DNA from: a virus
Direction: 5' to 3' (one strand)
Virus record (IMG/VR): IMGVR_UViG_3300045988_116240
Length of the DNA: 64,000 nucleotides
Shown here piece after piece: positions 24,950-34,215 of the stretch; within the stretch, counting starts at the first letter, position 1, and each line of letters starts with the position of its first letter. The notes beneath the pieces are model-generated. The model was given only the letters and a program-made list of their open reading frames with translations. It ran no database searches and was not told the DNA's origin. The translations under genes and the position numbers were made by a program.

Positions 24950-25087
24950 CGTGGCGCCGTCGCAACTACCAAGACCCGGCGTCCCCACGCCAACATAACA
25001 GGTAGTAAGCAACGGCCCACGTCTTATATATAGATTATATATACAAATAACGTGGGCGTATTGTTGCTATCGGCTCCCTGTTATGTT
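24950..25087. other. compound structured element (two adjacent long imperfect hairpins)
   Basis: cgtggcgccg pairs with cggcg-(tcc)-ccacg across 24950-24989. In 24992-25087, aacataacagg/cctgttatgtt, agcaac/gttgct and cccacgt/acgtggg enclose a 27-nt AT-only loop. Confidence 0.5.
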
Positions 25088-25270
25088 TATAAATTTGGGG
25101 AATTTAGGTCTTTATAGGAGACGATATCTTTAACGCCACAATGTGTGTCACGTCTTATATTCTAATCAGTGACTACGCAAATATACTCTATTTATTTTAT
25201 ATTAGTAAAAAATAAGTCGTATTTTATTTATCTAATATTGATTTTTACAGGGGAAACGTTCATGCGCACG

Positions 25271-27385
25271 CTATAAACTCGACTCATTTTTGGGATATGA
25301 ATCAAGATATCCCGTTGATTCTTCTTTGATTATAGAAGGCTTAGGCATATCCTCTGATATGAGCGCTCCTATCATGTCTGTCATCAATATATCGTCGTGA
25401 TTGCCACGACCGGGAATATTACCGTAACTACCGTCCGGACGTTGCTCGTATTTTGACGCTTCCTTGTACATACGCTCATCCGGGTCTATAAACATATCGT
25501 CCTCGAACGCCACTATGAAATTATCCACCATGTCCTGCTTGGTCTTCTTGTTGGTCTGGAAGCCTATCTTCTTGTATATGCCGTTCCTTATGTCCTCGGG
25601 ATCCGTCGCCGCTCGCATGTAAAGATTAGGGTAGATATCCTCTATCTTTTTCAGTATGCCACGAATATGATCGCCTTCCTCCACGAACTCGGATGCCTCT
25701 GATTTTTTCTTATCAAACGTATTGCTCTCGAAGGCGAGAAGGGCGTTCTTGTAGTATCTGGCGATCTTGACGGCTTTGTAGGCGAGCCAGTCATATCGTA
25801 TATGACCGTGCCATCTGGCTACCACCTCCGGCTTTCCTCCGCTAAATCGTAAATTCCATCTGTTTATCACTGTTATACATGAGGGGTCTGAGTTCTTGCT
25901 ACGTCCACCGACATCGACAATAACAAGATACTCGTTGGATGTCCTTGTATCATCGGGCCTCTTCCAGATTCTCAACAGGCCGTTCGGATTCTTGGTGAGA
26001 ATTATCCTCTTGGTCTTCTCTGATTGGGATATGTCGCCAATGAACTCCGGGGGTGATACGTATCTTTCCCGCATTACCTCGATCGTATAGATATTGAACA
26101 CGAGATTACCGGAATACTTGAAACACTCGACATCATCGGATGGTGCCTCGGATGCCATCGAGGCGTGATCATGAAACGAGGCCCTTTTCTTGATATACCA
26201 TTTGATGTGCTCCAGCGTAGCTCCTTTTTCCCATAGAGACCATAGATACTGTCCCGGCTCGCTATTGTCATTAGGGGAGGTCGTGACATCCCTTCCCTCT
26301 AATAGATCCAGTATGAAAAGCCGGGTCTCTTTCTTGTCCTTGAATCTTATCATGTCGTTCTCGATAAAGAAGAACGGTATGAATAGCGCCTTACGGGATG
26401 AAGTGCCCTCCTTGGCCATTTGGTACTCATCATAGAAATAACCGGCCATGCCATTAGCTGTAGACTCGGAGATCTCCATGGTCAACGGTCTCTCCAATAT
26501 ATTCGAGTCTATGTTTGTTATAACCTGCTCCGCCGATTTGCCATCCGTTGTTTTCCAGTAGGCTACCTCCGAGAAGTGAGCCATGGCATAGTCCATACCA
26601 CGTGTTGACTCGAAATTCTCATAAGATGCCACGGTTATCACGTTATCACGTACCTTGTTCCCGGACGGGTCGGTGATTATGGAGTCGGACGCCGAATGCT
26701 CGTAAGGGGCGAATTGTAGCTTGTCAACACCATATATAAATCCCGGGATATTATCGAGAACCTTTTTATACATGGCCTTGATACGTTTGGCGGTATCTTT
26801 CGTCTGGGCTATAATTACGGAATACCATCCTTCCATGACGAATAGCTGTATCCACGCCATATAAAGCTGTACCAAGGTGGAACCTCCCCATTGCCGGGCT
26901 TTCAATAATATTATACGGATCGGGACTCCCTTATGCCTCATTTCCTCCAGAACGGATAGCACGTAACGTTGGGCGTAATTAAGCTCGAAGGGGATCATTT
27001 CTCCCGCCTCTTTCGACTTGATCTTAAATAACGAGAAAAAGGCGAAGGAGGGGTCTCTCGAGCAACGAGCCCAAAATAGCATGTTGGCCACGTCCTCCTC
27101 ATTTATCCCATCTGAATCCGGGTACAGCTCGTTGAACCTTATCGTGTAGTCCTTTATGGAACCAGCTTTCAGAACATCTTGATACAGATCGTTCTTGAAA
27201 ACCTCCTCGGTAAGCCACTGCACCCTTATGGGGTAATCATCTATGACAACCCTATGGCTATGCCCCTCCATTCCACGCCCCGTGAATTGGTCGTGCGTGC
27301 CGAATATATTTTTCAGCCTCTTGTTATTCTCGGCCAATATAGACTCAACCTCTTCCGTGAACGCTAATTTTCTGTATGACTCCAT
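25271..27385 (-). CDS. terL: terminase large subunit
   Basis: 704 aa. ATPase region IILLKARQWGGSTLVQ, and a C-terminal RNaseH-like nuclease region (YLVIVDVGGRSKNSDPSCITV, GNHDDILMTD). Confidence 0.8.
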   Translation of the reverse strand: MESYRKLAFTEEVESILAENNKRLKNIFGTHDQFTGRGMEGHSHRVVIDDYPIRVQWLTEEVFKNDLYQDVLKAGSIKDYTIRFNELYPDSDGINEEDVANMLFWARCSRDPSFAFFSLFKIKSKEAGEMIPFELNYAQRYVLSVLEEMRHKGVPIRIILLKARQWGGSTLVQLYMAWIQLFVMEGWYSVIIAQTKDTAKRIKAMYKKVLDNIPGFIYGVDKLQFAPYEHSASDSIITDPSGNKVRDNVITVASYENFESTRGMDYAMAHFSEVAYWKTTDGKSAEQVITNIDSNILERPLTMEISESTANGMAGYFYDEYQMAKEGTSSRKALFIPFFFIENDMIRFKDKKETRLFILDLLEGRDVTTSPNDNSEPGQYLWSLWEKGATLEHIKWYIKKRASFHDHASMASEAPSDDVECFKYSGNLVFNIYTIEVMRERYVSPPEFIGDISQSEKTKRIILTKNPNGLLRIWKRPDDTRTSNEYLVIVDVGGRSKNSDPSCITVINRWNLRFSGGKPEVVARWHGHIRYDWLAYKAVKIARYYKNALLAFESNTFDKKKSEASEFVEEGDHIRGILKKIEDIYPNLYMRAATDPEDIRNGIYKKIGFQTNKKTKQDMVDNFIVAFEDDMFIDPDERMYKEASKYEQRPDGSYGNIPGRGNHDDILMTDMIGALISEDMPKPSIIKEESTGYLDSYPKNESSL

Positions 27386-27818
27386 AGATGATATAGGCTA
27401 TTAGGAATGACAGCAAGTGTATCCTCCAGTTGAATAAGGGGATAAACGCCATGACGATATTGCTCAATATTATTCTCCAAAGGCTTAGTTTATAGGCGTG
27501 ATATCTGCGAGCGTAACATCCCATGATAAATCCGGACATGCCGCATGTAGGAACCGGCAATGAGGCTAGTGGTACGAACGAGGCCAAGACGCAAGACACG
27601 TAACCGATCAGGCATGTTTTCACACGAGGCTTAAACTGGAATAAGGCGATAAGATTTAATGATAAATGAAAGATGTTCGCGTGGGTGAACGTGTAAAGGA
27701 AATGGTCGTATGGTATGGAATTGGTATCGAAATAGAAATGTTTACCTGCGAGTTGGAGTATGACGCTTGTCAAGGCGATTATTAATGAAGGAATCAGTCT
27801 TTTTAGCTTACCTTCCAT
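27345..27818 (-). CDS. rhomboid-like intramembrane serine protease (minimal, 157 aa)
   Basis: FTHANIFHLSLNLIALF matches HxxxxHxxxN, CGMSGFIMG matches GxSG, and a later His lies in a TM helix (WRIHLLSF). The protein is hydrophobic throughout. Confidence 0.55.
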   Translation of the reverse strand: MEGKLKRLIPSLIIALTSVILQLAGKHFYFDTNSIPYDHFLYTFTHANIFHLSLNLIALFQFKPRVKTCLIGYVSCVLASFVPLASLPVPTCGMSGFIMGCYARRYHAYKLSLWRIILSNIVMAFIPLFNWRIHLLSFLIAYIIYGVIQKISVHGRG

Positions 27819-28215
27819 TTTTCCTTTCCCGGTTGATGCGTTGTATTATCGCCAACGCCCGTGAATAGGATATGTAAAAACAGGGGGCCGTTTGATAGAC
27901 CGCGAAAGAGGTGATGAAATAAACGGAGCTTCCCTTGAATTCTCTCTTTTTCTCCAGCTCTTTGTAAATCTCATAAATGTCATCGATCATCTTGTTCCTG
28001 ATCGATCGACCCTTTTCCTTGGTCTTCCCTTTCCTGATCAGCAGGATTCCCCTATACGCTTGAAGGGTGGAGATCCAGAACCTAGAGGCATGTGAGGATA
28101 TAGCCCTCATTACCGCCTCTCGGTGGGATTTCACTTCCCTCATCTTCAAAGCACGTCTATAAGCTTCGTAAAGCTCCATGTCCCGCTCTGGGATGAAATC
28201 TACGCCATTAACCAT
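27808..28215 (-). CDS. hypothetical basic protein (position compatible with small terminase / DNA-binding)
   Basis: 135-aa ORF at the head of the leftward packaging operon, with its own TAnnTTTG box. No motif recognised. Confidence 0.5.
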   Translation of the reverse strand: MVNGVDFIPERDMELYEAYRRALKMREVKSHREAVMRAISSHASRFWISTLQAYRGILLIRKGKTKEKGRSIRNKMIDDIYEIYKELEKKREFKGSSVYFITSFAVYQTAPCFYISYSRALAIIQRINRERKNGR

Positions 28216-28242
28216 AAAGAACGCTTGTTTTGGTGAACATCA

Positions 28243-28250
28243 CAAAGATA
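28243..28250 (-). promoter_or_regulatory. Bacteroidota-type -7 box (TATCTTTG on minus strand)
   Basis: caaagata on the plus strand, 28 nt upstream of the ATG at 28215. Confidence 0.45.
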
Positions 28251-28368
28251 AAAAATAGATTCACATGTTTGATTATTCTTAGGGTTCATGGGTTAAATAA
28301 AATAATCAAAATAACAAAACGGATATACCTTATTATTTTCCTTTGCCTAAAACAAAATCGATTAAGGT

Positions 28369-29073
28369 ATGGCAGATATATCTAACAAAGAGAGATTCAG
28401 ACAGAGATACGCCAAACGGAATCCGGATCTTAACATGGATGACGAGGAGGCTTACTACGGCTCGGTCAACCAGTTCATGGACGAGTATGAGGGTTATGAG
28501 GGAAACTCTAAGAAAATGCGAGAGAACCTATCGAAGAGTCCAGCTTTCGCCGAGTTGATGGTAGCCGCTAGGGATCAGGATGATTTCGATCCCGTGGTGT
28601 GGATGGTACAGAATAAGGGGCTTGACTTAAAAGCCTTGGCCGATGATCCCGATTATTCGCAAAAGCTGGCCGACGCTCATAACGCTTACTTGGAGAAACT
28701 GGCGAAACAGGACGAGATCGAGAAACAAATGTCGGAGAATATGCCGGCTAGCGTGGAAGCGATTAGGGCGAAAGCCTCGGAGATGGGCCTTTCCGATGAT
28801 CAAGCGGAGGAGGTTATAGGCAAGATGTATCAAGTCATGGATGACTTGATCGTCGGTAAATTGGACCCGTCTATTTTCGAGATGATGGCCAAGGGAATGA
28901 ATTATAACCAAGACGTGGAGGCCGCTCGGGAGGAAGGCGTTGCGGAAGGGATCAACAAGAAAGTTACCGACAAGTTAAAGGATCTTAGCGGTAAGCAGGA
29001 AAGACCGAGAGGAAGACAAGGAGCACGGCAGGAGAAGCCGGTTACGCAAGACGTGAACAATCCTTTTTTATAA
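28369..29073 (+). CDS. putative head scaffolding protein
   Basis: 234 aa, acidic and predicted helical, with a basic C-terminal tail. It lies immediately upstream of the capsid-size gene. Confidence 0.55.
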   Translation: MADISNKERFRQRYAKRNPDLNMDDEEAYYGSVNQFMDEYEGYEGNSKKMRENLSKSPAFAELMVAARDQDDFDPVVWMVQNKGLDLKALADDPDYSQKLADAHNAYLEKLAKQDEIEKQMSENMPASVEAIRAKASEMGLSDDQAEEVIGKMYQVMDDLIVGKLDPSIFEMMAKGMNYNQDVEAAREEGVAEGINKKVTDKLKDLSGKQERPRGRQGARQEKPVTQDVNNPFL

Positions 29074-29102
29074 TAAGAATAATAACAATTAATACTTTTG
29101 CG

Positions 29103-30704
29103 ATGAATAAATTATTTAAAGACAAGATGTTTTGGGTCAAGGCTTTGTTCTTTGTCTTGGCGGTATTGACTGGTGGAGCGGCTATGGCCGTGGAGATCGG
29201 GGAGAATGGAAGTGATACGGATCCCAATGATGGCAAGCCGTTGGAGAACGCGACCCCGGACGCAGCAGGTAAGGGTATTGATCAGCAGGGGCAGGGGGCT
29301 ACCGGATCTGCGGTCACTGACGCTGATCTGGCCGAGAACAAGGTAGAGGATTACGTCAGTAAATTTCAAGCGTACAAATATCCCATGCACACGGATTTCC
29401 TCAAGCTCGCCAAGCAAGTCCATGTCAACACGAAGGAACCGGAGCATTACAATATTGGCGAGGCTATAATGGATTGCGTTACCAAGGCGGCGGTGACCAA
29501 CACGGAAAAGGACGCTGAGGTAAAACTAAGCTTGTATAAGAATGACGAGAAGTTATTTGCCGAGTGCAACACTGTCTTGGTAGACGGCGTAACCGGATAT
29601 GATGAGAACGGAAATTCTGACGGTAGTCCGTTAGTCCTCTATGTCATATCCGCGGATAAGGCTAACGGTATTATGGTTTCCGCTCTTAATGGCCCGTTGG
29701 ATGAAGGAAAAAACATGTATGTGCCGGATTTGAAAGCGGGTACCGGATTGCACATCATGGCACCGGCCATGAGTGAGAGTGAGGTGGAGATCGCCCCGGA
29801 TTCCGCTTATCCCAAGAAAGAGATCGCCTACTTGCAGAAGAAGGTATGTCCAATCACGTGGACGGAATTCTTCGAGCGTATCAATAAGAAGGCTAAGTGG
29901 AACGTGCAAGACTTGAAGGATTGGACTTTGTCTAATTTCCGTAAGAAATGTACACGCACGATGTTGATCGGCGTAGGTACGAAGTTCGTGAAGTATGGCT
30001 CCAAGAAAACAGGTACCGAATACGTGTATGCCCAGAAAGGCGTGTTGAGACAATTACGGCTGGGTTACCAGATCGGTTCGACATTGGAGTTCGCCGATCT
30101 TATCGGTATCACCCGTATGCTTTTCGGAAAGTACTCGAACACGAACGAGATGGACGTGTATTGCGGTACCAAGTTCATCGAGAAGTTGCTGAACATCGAT
30201 TTCACGAAACATAAGGATATCTCATTCGTCAAGAAACAGAATATCGGTATTGATATCTCCTCTTTCGAGACCACTTTCGGAAAGTTGAACTTCAAGGTCG
30301 AGCACGCCCTTGACGATCTTGGATATGAGGAATGCGCCGTCGCTTTCCCGATGTCCGAGGCCAAGCGTTATTACTACCAGAAAGGAAAGACTCTTACCGT
30401 GGATCATTCCAAGGGGGAAGGCGGTGAGGTGCGGGAGGCCAAATCCCAATATTATATTCAGGATGACTGCTTGATGCTTACGGGTTATAACTCGATGCTG
30501 ATCGGTCCGGACGTGACAGTGAGCGGATATAAGCTGTCTATGCTTGACACGGTCGTTTCCAGCGTGGCTTCCCTGAGTTCCGTATCTACACCGAAAAAGG
30601 ACGATGTGGTTTACTTGACCGTAGCGGACGATACGCACGCCGTCGGATTATATGTATATGACGGTACGGCATGGAAACCATACAAGGGAGAGATCAACGT
30701 GTAA
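29103..30704 (+). CDS. putative major capsid protein
   Basis: 533-aa ORF after the scaffold-like gene, followed by a strong 10-bp hairpin. Assignment is by position and size only. The first 30 aa are hydrophobic, so the start is uncertain. Confidence 0.55.
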   Translation: MNKLFKDKMFWVKALFFVLAVLTGGAAMAVEIGENGSDTDPNDGKPLENATPDAAGKGIDQQGQGATGSAVTDADLAENKVEDYVSKFQAYKYPMHTDFLKLAKQVHVNTKEPEHYNIGEAIMDCVTKAAVTNTEKDAEVKLSLYKNDEKLFAECNTVLVDGVTGYDENGNSDGSPLVLYVISADKANGIMVSALNGPLDEGKNMYVPDLKAGTGLHIMAPAMSESEVEIAPDSAYPKKEIAYLQKKVCPITWTEFFERINKKAKWNVQDLKDWTLSNFRKKCTRTMLIGVGTKFVKYGSKKTGTEYVYAQKGVLRQLRLGYQIGSTLEFADLIGITRMLFGKYSNTNEMDVYCGTKFIEKLLNIDFTKHKDISFVKKQNIGIDISSFETTFGKLNFKVEHALDDLGYEECAVAFPMSEAKRYYYQKGKTLTVDHSKGEGGEVREAKSQYYIQDDCLMLTGYNSMLIGPDVTVSGYKLSMLDTVVSSVASLSSVSTPKKDDVVYLTVADDTHAVGLYVYDGTAWKPYKGEINV

Positions 30705-30723
30705 ACTGTAATATTGTCAAACA

Positions 30724-30754
30724 AGACCCACCGGAGCAAACGCACGGTGGGTCT
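30724..30754 (+). terminator. 10-bp perfect hairpin downstream of the capsid gene
   Basis: agacccaccg-gagcaaacgca-cggtgggtct. There is no clear T-run, so it may be an attenuator or an RNA-stability element. Confidence 0.45.
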
Positions 30755-30769
30755 AATAAAATCAATCGA

Positions 30770-31174
30770 ATGATCACGAAAACATATGAGTTGGTAGGCA
30801 AGGATAATTGCATGCTCCGTACTATATACTGCGGCACAAGGGTCAGCATGGAGTTCAAGGGCGGTAATTTCATCAATGGCAAGAACGCCTTACTACGGAC
30901 TAGCAACCCTTTCGTACAAGACGCTATCGAGAATGATTGCCGATTTGGTACGTCTATCCGGCTCGTCTCTACGTTAAAAGACGATGATGTGTCTGGTGTC
31001 TCGGTCATGAGGAACTCGAGAGGCCGGGAAAAACAAGTGAAAGAGGTCAAGACCGTAAAGAACGTGAATGATGCTATTGACTATTTCGCCAAAATGGGCT
31101 ATAAAGTGGAGAACGATGATATGCTCGAGGAGTTAAAGGATAAATTAAGTGTCTCGTTCCCGAACATGAAATGA
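30770..31174 (+). CDS. hypothetical head-associated protein
   Basis: Start trimmed to MITKTYE (ATG 30770), downstream of the capsid stop and hairpin. Confidence 0.5.
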   Translation: MITKTYELVGKDNCMLRTIYCGTRVSMEFKGGNFINGKNALLRTSNPFVQDAIENDCRFGTSIRLVSTLKDDDVSGVSVMRNSRGREKQVKEVKTVKNVNDAIDYFAKMGYKVENDDMLEELKDKLSVSFPNMK

Positions 31175-31175
31175 T

Positions 31176-31814
31176 ATGGATATTAGCGTGAGCGACATAG
31201 TGAGTGAGGTCAAGATCTGCATAGACGAGATCGGGCTTAATGACGCTGAGTTCCTAGGAACGCAGGATAACGAGGAAATGGACACGATTATCAAGTCCAA
31301 GATATCGGAGGCGTTGCGCTTCGTGAACGGTAACGCAGACTGGGGCCTGTTGGAACCAAACAAGATAATAACGGACGGAACCATAGAGGAAGATCTTGTC
31401 GCTCATGTAAGCTTGCCGGAGAACTACTCTCGGATTTGTTACGCTAGGCTATCATCATGGCCTTTATTTATTTCAGATCCTATCTATTGGAACGATAAGG
31501 AATACGCCACGCTGTCGGATCCATACGCAACGGGGACATGGGAAAGACCTAAACTGGCGTTGACCATGAGGCCGGGTAAGACATTGGAGCTATATAAGGC
31601 GAAGGATAAATCCGACACGTTCGAGATCGGGATCATAACGGACGAGGATATAACGGATAGCTTGGAGGTAAGCACCAAGCTGAAAAAGGCGCTGATCTAT
31701 TATATATCCGGCCTCACGTTGCTTACTTACAGGGATCAGCACGCGGACAGTATGTTTAATCAAGCGTTGGTTCTTATGGGTGTCAATCCATCCGGGGCCA
31801 ACTCCAATCAATAA
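31176..31814 (+). CDS. hypothetical structural protein (head completion/adaptor position)
   Basis: 212-aa ORF, tightly packed in the late operon. Confidence 0.5.
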   Translation: MDISVSDIVSEVKICIDEIGLNDAEFLGTQDNEEMDTIIKSKISEALRFVNGNADWGLLEPNKIITDGTIEEDLVAHVSLPENYSRICYARLSSWPLFISDPIYWNDKEYATLSDPYATGTWERPKLALTMRPGKTLELYKAKDKSDTFEIGIITDEDITDSLEVSTKLKKALIYYISGLTLLTYRDQHADSMFNQALVLMGVNPSGANSNQ

Positions 31815-31829
31815 CAAGACTATAGAATC

Positions 31830-34196
31830 ATGGTATACATATTCAAGGACAGGTTAATTCGGGTAGAGTGGACTATTTACAAGGGGATAAGCCCGGTGAA
31901 AGAGGATTTCTCCCGATCTAATGTAAAGGTTTTTCTATTAGGCAACCGGGAGAAATATCTACTTCAAGCGAGAGCGGACAAAGGTACGCTTTATGTAGAC
32001 ATTCCTTCAGGGTTGGAAGAAGGAACTTACTCTATCGAGGCGATATGGGTCAAGAATATGGATCATGTCTTTGATACACGAAGCGTATGCCGCTCCAAGA
32101 AAGAGGATCTTTTCTCTATTACCGAATTTGAGGACGAGGCTACGAATATCGGAGAAGGTGTCGTCGTGCTGAAAGTAAAGACCTCTACCGCCACTTATGG
32201 CTATGATGGCTTGTCCTCATACGAGCTGGCCGTATTACGTGGGGACTGGAGCGGTACGGAAGGAGAGTGGCTGAAGCATGAGCGTTATGTAAGCGTACTC
32301 GATTCCCGTGGTGATAGCGAGGTTGACACCATGAGCCAAAAGGCCATTACCGATGAGTTGGAGAAACAAGACGAGGCTATAGAGGACATTCGAAATGATA
32401 CAAATGATCTTGGTGATCGGGTAGAGGAAGCGGAGGACAAGGTTAATAATATGGGGAATATCGTTGATGAGATCAAGAGTCACGCCCCGGTATCAGCCCG
32501 TCCCGCCGGTTTCAAGCCGGACATCGACCTTACCCCGGAGATCACGGTAGACCGTGCTTGGAGAGACCATGAGGGTAACGTTATCCGTGATACGTATATC
32601 ACCCGGAGGGGATTGAGGAACGAGATAATCGACATCACCAACCAGCAGGTAACGGACTTGAAGCCCGGTTCCGTCGATCCGGACGATCTTTCCGAGGCTA
32701 CGAAGCAATTGATAGGTAACAAGAGCATAACCAACCTTCCGGACGAGGAGGATATAACCGTTACGGATAACCAGACCTTAAAATTAAAAGACAAGGAATA
32801 CGCCCCGAAGGATTACTCCGGCATGGGACGTGTGTATCTCCGGAAGCATTACGTGAACGGCGTGAACACGCTCACGCAACACATGATGAGAAAACCGAAC
32901 ACCATTTATATCATCCAGTACGATTACTGCCTCGCTGGGCAGACGATCGAGGTGCCGGAGAATTGCGTGTTGAAATTCCAAGGGGGGAGTTTGAGGAATG
33001 GAATAGTAATATTGAATGGAACTTCTTTAATGGAAGATGGATCGAGAATTTTTGATAATATCACTCTTTCGGGCATTCTAAATGGGGACTTATCATGTAC
33101 GATGTTCGGGGCTTCTCCTTCTAGCTCAAAAGACCTAAATTTGGATTCCATAAAAGAAACAATAAAACAGTTAGATAACGTTGGTGGAGGGGAGTTGCTT
33201 ATTCCACAAGAAATAAACTATGGGTATGAAAGAAATACTCCATCTACATGGGTGTATACTACTGTGTCTAATAATATCATCGTAAAGGATGAATCAAAAG
33301 GGAATACATATAATCTTCCATCAAGAGATGGCTCCCAGATTAGAAACTTCTTTATGACAGAAGGAAACCCAATGGATGGCAAGCATGATGGAGGAGGATT
33401 CATGGTGAGAGCTAATTGGCATCCTTACATGATGCTTAGCAATGATAGAGATCCTGTTGAGGCTAATAACAGAAGAGCTACTTATTTTGTAGGTAATAAT
33501 GGGAAAATCTGTTGGGGCATAGGTCAAGGTTCTAATACAATAGAACCTGATGGGACGGATAGGGATGATGCTCTCTCTAATTTCAAGATAGTAGGAAATG
33601 ATATTGCAGGGGGAAATGGGCTTACCAATATGATGGTAATTAATAAAACTAATGCTTTTTTTGGTTTTAATTTGAGTACTCCAGCACAAGATTATCATTT
33701 TAATTTTAGAAATGTAGAAGGGAGGGATAATGCCAATGTTCATTTTGATGCGAGTCTTAGGAGTGGTACATTAGAAATATTATTAACGGCAGGTGAAGCG
33801 AAGAAAAGAATAGGAGTTTCACCAATTACAAATAATCTTTATTTTGTCTCAGATAATAGTATAGTTACAAGTATTACCCGAAATGGAGACATTTTATTAA
33901 AGGGTAACTTAGGCCTATTTACAGGAGAAGGAGACCCAAATGGTGTATTTAGTTGTGGAATTGGAGCACTTTACCAAAATAGAACTGTTCGGGCAAATGG
34001 AAAAGGTTTATATGTGTGTACTGATACAGCCAATAAAAAATTTAATCTGGTTTCGGGTGTAGATTCCTGTACATCGACCTCAAGACCTTCTACTACTGAG
34101 TTACCTGTAGGATTTCCAACTTTTGACACAACATTAGGTAAGCCTATTTGGTGGACAGGCACGAACTGGGTCGATGCCACCGGAGCTACCGTATAA
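31830..34196 (+). CDS. tail fibre / tailspike protein
   Basis: 788 aa with a coiled-coil neck and an AT-rich central module. The C-terminal tip is GFPTFDTTLGKPIWWTGTNWVDATG, a motif shared with 37505..38077. Confidence 0.65.
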   Translation: MVYIFKDRLIRVEWTIYKGISPVKEDFSRSNVKVFLLGNREKYLLQARADKGTLYVDIPSGLEEGTYSIEAIWVKNMDHVFDTRSVCRSKKEDLFSITEFEDEATNIGEGVVVLKVKTSTATYGYDGLSSYELAVLRGDWSGTEGEWLKHERYVSVLDSRGDSEVDTMSQKAITDELEKQDEAIEDIRNDTNDLGDRVEEAEDKVNNMGNIVDEIKSHAPVSARPAGFKPDIDLTPEITVDRAWRDHEGNVIRDTYITRRGLRNEIIDITNQQVTDLKPGSVDPDDLSEATKQLIGNKSITNLPDEEDITVTDNQTLKLKDKEYAPKDYSGMGRVYLRKHYVNGVNTLTQHMMRKPNTIYIIQYDYCLAGQTIEVPENCVLKFQGGSLRNGIVILNGTSLMEDGSRIFDNITLSGILNGDLSCTMFGASPSSSKDLNLDSIKETIKQLDNVGGGELLIPQEINYGYERNTPSTWVYTTVSNNIIVKDESKGNTYNLPSRDGSQIRNFFMTEGNPMDGKHDGGGFMVRANWHPYMMLSNDRDPVEANNRRATYFVGNNGKICWGIGQGSNTIEPDGTDRDDALSNFKIVGNDIAGGNGLTNMMVINKTNAFFGFNLSTPAQDYHFNFRNVEGRDNANVHFDASLRSGTLEILLTAGEAKKRIGVSPITNNLYFVSDNSIVTSITRNGDILLKGNLGLFTGEGDPNGVFSCGIGALYQNRTVRANGKGLYVCTDTANKKFNLVSGVDSCTSTSRPSTTELPVGFPTFDTTLGKPIWWTGTNWVDATGATV

Positions 34197-34215
34197 CCAT
34201 TAAAACATTATAATC

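Noticed and set aside
29103-29200. Signal-peptide-like hydrophobic N-terminus on the putative major capsid protein.
   Set aside because: This is more likely a mis-assigned start codon (an internal Met at MAVEIG) or a scaffold-interaction segment. A secreted capsid protein is implausible, and I cannot decide without homologues.
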